Assembly: GCA_964636325.1 (NCBI GenBank)
Contig: CAZWRV010000019.1
Location: forward strand, 10,471-74,470
Length of the DNA stretch: 64,000 nucleotides
Direction: 5' to 3'
Source of the DNA: an uncultured Victivallaceae bacterium
Lineage (GTDB): Bacteria > Verrucomicrobiota > Lentisphaeria > Victivallales > GWF2-50-93
The notes under the pieces were generated by a model. The model ran no database searches and had not been told where the DNA came from. It was given only the letters and a program-made list of their open reading frames with translations. Below, one piece after another: positions 36,040 through 43,705 of the stretch (position 1 is the stretch's first letter; each line of letters opens with the position of its first letter). The translations under genes were made by a program, and so were the position numbers.

Positions 36040-36079
36040 ACTGCGGTCGATTGCGGCCGTTCGCGGTCGGCTGCGACCG
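36040..36079. repeat. Family B array, 4 units
   Basis: actgcggtcg attgcggccg ttcgcggtcg gctgcgaccg. Confidence 0.75.
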
Positions 36080-36088
36080 GGAGTGTAA

Positions 36089-39000
36089 ATGAAAAAAATC
36101 TTTAAAACCGCCGTTCTGTCGGGGGCGGCGCTAGCCGCATGCTTCGTAGTTCAAGCTGAAGAGAAGCTTTCTGACGACGACATCCGCTGGCGCGAAAAGA
36201 TCGGATTCAACCCGCAGGTGCACGCCTCGGTTGAGAATTCCTCCGACGCGGAAGTTTTCGCCCGGGCTCCGTATGCGTATTATCCTTACTCAAACGAGCT
36301 TGAAGTGGTGTTTGATCTTGCCGCGGCCGTCAAACTCCTGCCGGCGGACTCGCCGAAGCCTTCGGGAGGTCTGAACTCCGTGGAAGTTATGGTCTTTCCC
36401 GTCGTAATTACCCAGGAAGAATTCGCGGAGTTTGCGCACTTTTACGCGCCGAATCCCAAGGTACCGCCCGATCTGGACAAGCCAGTTGCTTGCGGCAAGA
36501 TCCCGCTCGATGGCAAGGGCCGCGGCCATGGCATCTTCAAAATACCGGATATGCCGGACGGCAACTACCGGGTCGTGTATGAATATGGCGGCGCAAGGCT
36601 CACGGCATCAAGAACTTTCAGAAGGTCTCATTTCGAATGGGAGCGCTGCAGATATGGAACCGAGCACAAGGTTTACGCCCCGTTCACGCCGGTCGCGGTG
36701 GACGGAAACAAAGTGTCCGTCGCCGACCGGACATACGCGATCAACTCCTTCGGGCTTTTCGACAGCGTGATCAGCAAGGGCCGGGAACTGCTCGCAGAGC
36801 CAATGAAGCTTGTCGCCGAAAAGACGGACGGTTCGCGCATCGCTTGGAAGGCCGGGAAGATAAGCGGCAAGGCGGTTTATGCGGATCTCGCGGAATTCAA
36901 ATGTTCCACGGAATCGGAGATAGGTACGCTGCAATCTGAAGTTTCGATCGAGGAGGACGGCTGTGCGAAAATCGCAATGACGCTGACACCTGTCACCCGA
37001 CACCAGACACCTATCCGCCGAGCCTGGCTCGAGATCGCTCTCAAGGAAACGGAAGCGCCTCTCTGCCACATGGTCGGCATGAACTCGATGCGGCACAACT
37101 ATGCGGGGAATGTCCCTCGCGGCGGGAAGATAACCTGGCTCAACCAGCCTTGGCGCCCGGCGCGCTTCGAGGTTCAGCCATTCGAAGGCGAGACACCCGC
37201 CTCATATCAGGTATGGGAGGCGAACAACCAGATGCACTGGGGGGGCGAGAGATGGAATTTCGCGCCTTATGTCTGGCTGGGCGCGGAGGAGCGCGGGCTG
37301 GCCTGGTTCGGCGATGACATCGGCGGATACAGCACCGACGGCAAAACTTCGCTGCAGCGGCTCTTTATCGAGCCGGGCAAAGTGGTTCTGCGGGTCGAAT
37401 TTATCCAGCAGCCTGTCACGCTGGAATCTCCACGCCGCTTTGTTTTCGGCCTGCAGGCGAGCCCGACGAAACCGATGCGTCCTGACTGGCGCGGCTACAG
37501 CGTCCCCGGCGGCGGCGGAATGTCGGTCGTGGTCTGGGGCGGCTTCAACTGCGCGGACAAGGTTCCGGCCAACAAGGACTGGACGATCGTGGATAAAGTG
37601 ATGGAAGGCCGCAAGACGGGCAAGCCCGACTTTGCGTGGTTCGCGGAATACGCGAAGACGCACAAGACGATTTCCGGCAGCGGCGGCGCGAAGGCCGGGC
37701 GCCTGCATGAGATAACGCTCGAAGAGGCGAAGGCCAACGGCCAGCCATGGCTCACCGCCCTGAACCATTTCGTCGCCAGGGAGGCGGGCGCACAGGCCGG
37801 CGTCGGCACCACCGTCTATTACGAGGAGCATCAGACAAGCGGAAACTATCCGGACGTTGCGGAGTTCATGGACGAATGGAGCGACTCCAGTTTCGCCCGT
37901 TACCGTTACTTCGACTATCCGAAGACGTGGGGGCCGGAATGCCGCAGCGCCAATCCGGAGAGCTACCGCGACTTCGCAGTCTTCTACGCCAACGAATGGA
38001 TGAAACGCGGAGTCGGCATCTATTACGACAACACTTATCCGATGGTGGACAGGAATCCGGAGCATTTCCGTGGACGTGGAATAACATGGTCAAGCAGCAT
38101 CTGGGGGCACCGCGACTATTACAAGCGCGTCTGGAAGCGGAGCCGGGAACTGATGGAGTCGGGTGCATCCCCGCTACCGCTGCACACAGTCGGCCATGTC
38201 ACAAACTGCCAGGTTCTGCCTTACACCACGTGGTGGGATGCGACGCTCGGGGTAGAATCTCCCGGCCAGTGGCAGCCGGACAAGATGCCGTCAGCCGAGG
38301 AGATGAGGAAATGCATTGAGGAATGGTCCTTCGTAATTCTTCCGGGTCCTAACAAGGATACGCCCGGCCAGGCACTGCCGTATCCTCCCGACTACCTGCG
38401 CGCGATGGAGATGGGCCGGATGGCGGGGCTGATCCCGCACTACAGGCACCTTCTGCGGAGCGAGGATGCGGTAGGCGGCCTCGGGATAAGCTTTGGAGCG
38501 ACCGACCAGGGCAGGGAGCCGGAACTGCGCGAGCACCGCCTCCTCTCCGACGCCGCGATGGGCATCGTCCATGAGATCCGCGGCGGTGCAAGCGGCTACG
38601 AGCATCCTAAGATAGGAGGGCTTCGTCGCTCAATCAATGACTTCGGATATGGAAAGCCCGGAGTCAAAGTATACAACTACTGGGATGAGGATCCTTTTGC
38701 GGCCAAAATAATAGGGCTCGGCAATCCAAAAGTGAAATGGCTTGCAATGACCCGCGACGGCGCGCCGTTCGGCATGATACTACTTCAAAGCTACAGTCCC
38801 GAGGCGTCAAGCACTTCGCTGATCTTCCCCGAGGGGAAAATATTCATCGACGCGGAAACCCGTGAAACGTTCCAGGCCGGAGCGGACGGGAGTGTGGAGA
38901 TAAAGCTGCCCGCCGACTACGGGACAAGGCTCTTCTATGTGCTCAGGAACGAAGGGGCGCCGAAGCTCCTGTCTAAAAGCGCAGATACGCTTCTTCTTGA

Positions 39001-39598
39001 CGACTTTGAACTCGGCCTCGGTTTCAACCTTGCTGTCCACGGCAAGGGCTTTGACGTCGTAAAGGACACAGATGTCCAGGAGAACCATGTTTTGAGGATA
39101 GTATCAGGCCATCCCTCGCAGAACGTCCTTGTCACGCAGGGGCTTGAGGATATGGCCGATTACGAGCTTTCGTTCAAGTTCCGGATTCCTGCAGTCCCCG
39201 CCGAGGCGGGCAAAGGCGGCCTCCTCCATCTCGGCTACCGCGATTCCGGCAGCCAGCGTTTCTATTTCGGACTGGGATATGAGGCTTGCAAGGACGGCAA
39301 GTCTTCATGGACTGTCTCGAGTCCGGTGATGGTCCTCGACGGCGGCAAGAACGAAGGCTACGGGAAGACCGTAGCGGCCAGCCCGGTCGAAGCTTCTGTG
39401 GACACCGAGTGGCATACGCTCGCCATCAAAGTCCAGGGGCCAAGGCACACGATCGCAATCGACGGGAAAACAGTCTTCGAAGGCGAGGACGAACGCAATC
39501 TCAAAGGCCCGTTCACGATCGCTCCCGGCTGGGGATGGAACAAGACCGAATATGTGGAGATCGACGAGATTTCAGTAAAATCCCTGAAACAGGAGTAG
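36089..39598 (+). CDS. Secreted putative glycoside hydrolase (DUF6067/GH123-like) with C-terminal ConA/LamG-like domain, paralog 3
   Basis: Signal peptide; VWLGAEERGLAWFGD, FVFGLQASPTKP, GIYYDNT, RDYYKRVW; C-terminal DYELSFKFR...WHTLAIKVQG...IDGK. Confidence 0.6.
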   Translation: MKKIFKTAVLSGAALAACFVVQAEEKLSDDDIRWREKIGFNPQVHASVENSSDAEVFARAPYAYYPYSNELEVVFDLAAAVKLLPADSPKPSGGLNSVEVMVFPVVITQEEFAEFAHFYAPNPKVPPDLDKPVACGKIPLDGKGRGHGIFKIPDMPDGNYRVVYEYGGARLTASRTFRRSHFEWERCRYGTEHKVYAPFTPVAVDGNKVSVADRTYAINSFGLFDSVISKGRELLAEPMKLVAEKTDGSRIAWKAGKISGKAVYADLAEFKCSTESEIGTLQSEVSIEEDGCAKIAMTLTPVTRHQTPIRRAWLEIALKETEAPLCHMVGMNSMRHNYAGNVPRGGKITWLNQPWRPARFEVQPFEGETPASYQVWEANNQMHWGGERWNFAPYVWLGAEERGLAWFGDDIGGYSTDGKTSLQRLFIEPGKVVLRVEFIQQPVTLESPRRFVFGLQASPTKPMRPDWRGYSVPGGGGMSVVVWGGFNCADKVPANKDWTIVDKVMEGRKTGKPDFAWFAEYAKTHKTISGSGGAKAGRLHEITLEEAKANGQPWLTALNHFVAREAGAQAGVGTTVYYEEHQTSGNYPDVAEFMDEWSDSSFARYRYFDYPKTWGPECRSANPESYRDFAVFYANEWMKRGVGIYYDNTYPMVDRNPEHFRGRGITWSSSIWGHRDYYKRVWKRSRELMESGASPLPLHTVGHVTNCQVLPYTTWWDATLGVESPGQWQPDKMPSAEEMRKCIEEWSFVILPGPNKDTPGQALPYPPDYLRAMEMGRMAGLIPHYRHLLRSEDAVGGLGISFGATDQGREPELREHRLLSDAAMGIVHEIRGGASGYEHPKIGGLRRSINDFGYGKPGVKVYNYWDEDPFAAKIIGLGNPKVKWLAMTRDGAPFGMILLQSYSPEASSTSLIFPEGKIFIDAETRETFQAGADGSVEIKLPADYGTRLFYVLRNEGAPKLLSKSADTLLLDDFELGLGFNLAVHGKGFDVVKDTDVQENHVLRIVSGHPSQNVLVTQGLEDMADYELSFKFRIPAVPAEAGKGGLLHLGYRDSGSQRFYFGLGYEACKDGKSSWTVSSPVMVLDGGKNEGYGKTVAASPVEASVDTEWHTLAIKVQGPRHTIAIDGKTVFEGEDERNLKGPFTIAPGWGWNKTEYVEIDEISVKSLKQE

Positions 39599-39661
39599 CT
39601 TGCGACTTCCAGGCGCAAGGGGGAATCTCATACCATTTCGCAACCAAACTGATATAAAATT

Positions 39662-39965
39662 AGCCCAACTTCCGCGCATAAAAAATAGACATGTTGATAA
39701 TCAAGGACTTAGGTGCGGTATTGGCACTACGGTCCTTTCACATCTTCCGGCGAAAGACGTTTGAGCGGACGGGAAGCGTCTTCACGTCTATCCCCATGAT
39801 ATCATGGATCAATCGTTGTTTTTCGTCGGGCCGTCCCGGCTTCCGGATCCGCCTCACCGTTCCGTCGGAGCAGGGGATGATCAGCGTGCTGTAGCAGTGG
39901 GTCGCCTGCGCGCTGGTTATATCCGGCGCGGCGATCTGCAACTTCTCGATCAGGAAAAGAGCATA
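39662..39965 (-). mobile_element. IS1634-like transposase C-terminal remnant with probable right end
   Basis: THCYSTLIIPCSDGTVRRIRKPGRPDEKQRLIHDIMGID resembles the IS1634-family C-terminus. It is followed on the minus strand by an AT-rich tail ending ...GGAAGTTGGGCT. Confidence 0.55.
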
Positions 39966-39984
39966 GGGCCGGGGCGTCAGCCGA

Positions 39985-41007
39985 TTATTTGTTGAATCCG
40001 GGCTGGCCTTTGGCGGCGTCGACGAACGCCAGGATGTTATCGAGCGGGACGTCTCCTTCGACCGCATGTGCAGGCGCGAAGATATATCCGCCCCTGAGTC
40101 CCTTTTTCAAGAGCTTGTCGCTCTCGTTTCTCACTTCTTCCACGGAGCCCTTCGGGAGGGTCTGCTGGGTTGAAAGGCCCCCGTGGAACGCCAGCCTGCC
40201 GTGATACTTGTCCATCAACGCGAAGACGTCCATGACTTCCGGCTGGAAGGGATTGAAGCAGTTGAGGCCGATTTCTATGAGTTCGTCGAAGAGCTCGTCG
40301 ACGTCGCCGCAGGAATGGATGAAGACTTTCTTGCCTGCGGAGCGGACCTCTCCGTAGGCCCGTGCCAGGTGCGGTTTGATGAAGGTCCGCCAGATCTCCG
40401 GGCCCATCTGGAGTCCGATCTGCTGGCCCCAGTCGTCGCCGAAATAGACGGCGTCGACGTCCAGCTTGACGGCCCTCCTCACAAGTTCGACGTTGAAGTC
40501 GGTGATGCGGCGCAAAAGTTCCTCGACGAAGTCGGGGTGCTCGATGAAGTCCATCATGAGGTTTTCCATTCCTCGGAGAGTCCAGGCGCGTTCGTAGAGC
40601 GAGAATCCGATGGAGTAGACGCGGTATCTTTCCTGCGCGTTTTTTGATTTCAGGCCGTCGACTCCGCCCCAGAAGACCTGATCGTCTGGATCCGGAAATG
40701 AATAGCCGCGCAGTGACGGCTCGGGCAGGACGCAGCCCCTTACGATTCCGATGTCCTTGTCGACGCTCTTGTCCCAGACTACGCCGAAGACGTCCCTGAC
40801 GCAGCCGCCGCCGATGTCCTTGAAGAATCCTACGCCTCCCCCGATCCCGTGGATATGCGGCTGCAGGAAAGGATCAATATCCCTGGTTCCGAAATGTTCC
40901 TGCAGCATTTCCGCCGGCTCCTTGGTGAAAGCGAAGCTCCACGGCGTATAGGGGACGTCCTTCGATTCGACGGCAAGCTTTACTACATCCCTCTTTGGCA
41001 TCTTCAT
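39985..41007 (-). CDS. URO-D/MtaA-CmuA-fold protein (paralog 1, HSCG motif)
   Basis: FGDDWGQQ, KVFIHSCGDV, GGLSTQQTL, GGYIFAPAHAV; RBS GGAGGA. Confidence 0.85.
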   Translation of the reverse strand: MKMPKRDVVKLAVESKDVPYTPWSFAFTKEPAEMLQEHFGTRDIDPFLQPHIHGIGGGVGFFKDIGGGCVRDVFGVVWDKSVDKDIGIVRGCVLPEPSLRGYSFPDPDDQVFWGGVDGLKSKNAQERYRVYSIGFSLYERAWTLRGMENLMMDFIEHPDFVEELLRRITDFNVELVRRAVKLDVDAVYFGDDWGQQIGLQMGPEIWRTFIKPHLARAYGEVRSAGKKVFIHSCGDVDELFDELIEIGLNCFNPFQPEVMDVFALMDKYHGRLAFHGGLSTQQTLPKGSVEEVRNESDKLLKKGLRGGYIFAPAHAVEGDVPLDNILAFVDAAKGQPGFNK

Positions 41008-41149
41008 TGAGTCCTCCTTTTGCATATCTTTCTTATGGCCATTATATCCTTATTGCATCGGAGCCAAGATACTGCTGGAAACGCCGTTCCGGAATGGACA
41101 TAGGGGCTTTAAGCATGGACATTTGTGCAGAATGAGCAATATTATGTCC

Positions 41150-42010
41150 ATGCCGCAGAGTAAAAATGGGAATCTGAAAGTCCTCCTCAACGAGAGCGTG
41201 CAGTCCGCCTTGGACAACTTTTCCGGGTGCTTCGGGGCGAGGATCGCGTATTTCGCCACCGACATGCGCGAGCTCAAGGTCGGTCAGAAGAAGCGGATGT
41301 GCCGCTACTGCTCGCTGATCCGGTCAAGGCTTTACGGCGACGGACGCTGCCTGGAGCAGGACAGGGCCAAGCTGCAAGAGGCCTCGGAGAGGGGGTCGCT
41401 GCTGTCCTACACGTGCCACGGGGGCCTGGTCGAGGCGATAATTCCGGTCTATGCCGACGGCGTACTGATCGGCTTTGTAATGACCGGCCAGTTCCGTACG
41501 GTGTCCGCTCCGCCGAAGGGCGTATTGGATGACTGGACGCGCAGGTTCGGGAAGGCCGCCGAAATAAAATCCGCATTCATGGAAGTCCCCGAAATATCTT
41601 CCGTAAAACTGCCCAGCATGCTCGGGCTCTTCTCGATGCTGGTCCGCTCGATCGCGAAAGAGGGGATTGCCGGGATACAGGGAGACATGCTTGTCGAAAA
41701 GGTGCTGGACAGGATAAGGCGCGATCCTGCGAATCCGCCGACTCTGGCCGAAGCGGCCCGGCTGGCGGGACGCAGCCGCTCGTCGGTGTCCCACGCGTTC
41801 AAGGCCAGGCTTGGAAGATCGTTCAAGTCGTACGTCATAGACATGCGGCTGGCGCGCGCCGAAGAAATACTCTGCAACAGCCCTGGGTCGACAGTCAAGG
41901 AGGCGGCGTCAAGGATCGGATTCCAGGACGAGTTCTATTTCTCCAGGATATTCAGGAAATATCGGGGCTTCCCCCCGTCGGAGCTGGCAAGGCGCGGCCG
42001 GCGTCCTTGA
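41150..42010 (+). CDS. PocR ligand-binding domain + AraC HTH regulator
   Basis: CRYCSLIRS...YTCHGGLVEAIIPV...GFVMTGQF and C-terminal TVKEAASRIGFQDEFYFSRIFRKYRGFPPS. Confidence 0.88.
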   Translation: MPQSKNGNLKVLLNESVQSALDNFSGCFGARIAYFATDMRELKVGQKKRMCRYCSLIRSRLYGDGRCLEQDRAKLQEASERGSLLSYTCHGGLVEAIIPVYADGVLIGFVMTGQFRTVSAPPKGVLDDWTRRFGKAAEIKSAFMEVPEISSVKLPSMLGLFSMLVRSIAKEGIAGIQGDMLVEKVLDRIRRDPANPPTLAEAARLAGRSRSSVSHAFKARLGRSFKSYVIDMRLARAEEILCNSPGSTVKEAASRIGFQDEFYFSRIFRKYRGFPPSELARRGRRP

Positions 42011-42045
42011 GATGCGTTTCAGATATGACACGGACCGCGCGGAAA

Positions 42046-42807
42046 TCAGCGCGCGAAGGACAGGATGAGGATAAACACCGCCAATGCGACCCCAGCAATT
42101 TTCCAGCAGTTCAAGCATTCGCGGTAGATGATGAACAACAGCAGGAGGCCGAATCCCATTCCGATGCCTTGAACCAGAGGGAACACTACTACGGCGGGCA
42201 GACGCATAGATCCTATGAGACTCAGATTGGCGGCCGCGGCGGCGGTGCCGACCGAGAGCCCCCATTTCCATTCAACAGGCTTGATGTCAAGGACAATGCC
42301 GCGCCGGAAGCCTATGAGCAGTTCCACGTAGAATCCGATGCTGAATATCAGCAGCGCGAACTGGGCCGTTCCGACATCAGGCCAGAAAACACCTTTGAGC
42401 TTATAGCCCAGCATCAAAAGTCCGTTGCCCAGGAAAACTGACACAAGTGCGGGCGCCCCACCAATGCCTGCGGCATTAGCCTTCAAGATGCTCTTGTCCG
42501 CCCCCATCCCCTTCCAGGAAGTCCATAGGAGCACGGCGAATGCCGCGATGATCAGCCAATCCGTGGCATGATGCCAGCGCTCCCGGAGCAGCATGGGGGC
42601 AAGGGCGACTGGAACGACAAGGGCCACATTCGCAAGCATCCATACCAGTGAGGGCGGGTAATGCCGATTTGCCGTGATCATGCTGCGCATGACCAGTATG
42701 TAGAGGAATCCCATGGCAGCCGTCAAAAGCCAAAGCGGAGATGTCCCGCTGAACACGTATTCCTTCAAAATGCCGTCATATATTAGCATCAATTGATAAA
42801 GCCACAT
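42046..42807 (-). CDS. DMT/EamA-like membrane protein (N-terminus possibly incomplete)
   Basis: About 8 hydrophobic segments; LPAVVVFPLVQG...IIYRECLNCWKIAGVALAV C-terminus typical of DMT. Confidence 0.6.
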   Translation of the reverse strand: MWLYQLMLIYDGILKEYVFSGTSPLWLLTAAMGFLYILVMRSMITANRHYPPSLVWMLANVALVVPVALAPMLLRERWHHATDWLIIAAFAVLLWTSWKGMGADKSILKANAAGIGGAPALVSVFLGNGLLMLGYKLKGVFWPDVGTAQFALLIFSIGFYVELLIGFRRGIVLDIKPVEWKWGLSVGTAAAAANLSLIGSMRLPAVVVFPLVQGIGMGFGLLLLFIIYRECLNCWKIAGVALAVFILILSFAR

Positions 42808-42820
42808 ACGGATATAATTC

Positions 42821-42845
42821 TTATAAAGCAGTATTATATTATCAT
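42821..42845. promoter_or_regulatory. 25-bp motif shared with 49979-50003 (candidate AraC-type site)
   Basis: TTATAAAGCAGTATTATATTATCAT vs TTATGAAGCAGTGTTATATTATCAT (23/25 identical). Confidence 0.55.
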
Positions 42846-42875
42846 CATTGCAATATAACTAATGGGGCTTCGTCC

Positions 42876-43667
42876 ATGCTTTCATACAGGAATCTGATCA
42901 GGCCGGGGATGTCGGCCAGCGGCGCCATGGGCGACTGGATGCTGGGGATGACCCTCAGGGGGCGCAACCACGAGTTCCATTCCGGCGGCGACTTCTCCCA
43001 GGGCCTGCATGATCTCATCGTCATCAAGGCGAACACGGACCATCGCTGGAAGGTGACGGAGGATGGCGGGCCGTGGGAGGTGATATATTTCATATTCCAT
43101 CCCGGTCCGGCGATGATGCAGCTCTTGAAGCTTCCGGAGATACGGCCTGGGATAATGAGGCTTTCCCTGGCGGGATCCCCGGTCCGGGGTAAAGTGCGTG
43201 CGGCATTGCTTGAGGGGCACAGGGTTCTGAACAGCCACTTGCCTAACCGCGAAAATCTGGCCATGAACTGCCTGGAGAACGCGCTGCTTTGGTGCCAGGC
43301 GGAGATGAACCAGGCGAGGACGCCTGTTGATCCTCGCATCCAGAAGGCCATTGAATATCTGGCGAACAATCTGGGCAGGGCGGTGTATCTTGCCGACGTG
43401 GCCCGTGCGGCGTCATTGTCCACGCCCAGGCTTATGACTCTGTTCAGAAAGCATGCCGGAACCACACCGATGGAATATTTGGAGAGGGAGCGCATGGAAC
43501 GGGCAAGCGAGATGCTCTCGCTCAGTTATCATGCCGTCAAGGAGATCGCGGGACTGGTCGGCTACGGGGACACCGTCCATTTTTCAAAACGCTTCGCCCG
43601 GCGTTTCAAGCTTTCCCCTAAGGCCTATCGCCTGGCGCAGAAACGCAAGATGAAGAAGCCGTCCTGA
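42876..43667 (+). CDS. AraC family transcriptional regulator
   Basis: Cupin-like N-domain (WEVIYFIFHP); LADVARAASLSTPRLMTLFRKHAGTTP...VKEIAGLVGYGDTVHFSKRF. Confidence 0.9.
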   Translation: MLSYRNLIRPGMSASGAMGDWMLGMTLRGRNHEFHSGGDFSQGLHDLIVIKANTDHRWKVTEDGGPWEVIYFIFHPGPAMMQLLKLPEIRPGIMRLSLAGSPVRGKVRAALLEGHRVLNSHLPNRENLAMNCLENALLWCQAEMNQARTPVDPRIQKAIEYLANNLGRAVYLADVARAASLSTPRLMTLFRKHAGTTPMEYLERERMERASEMLSLSYHAVKEIAGLVGYGDTVHFSKRFARRFKLSPKAYRLAQKRKMKKPS

Positions 43668-43705
43668 GCCGCGAGAATATGTTTCCGCTAATTGCCCTCC
43701 GCCTG

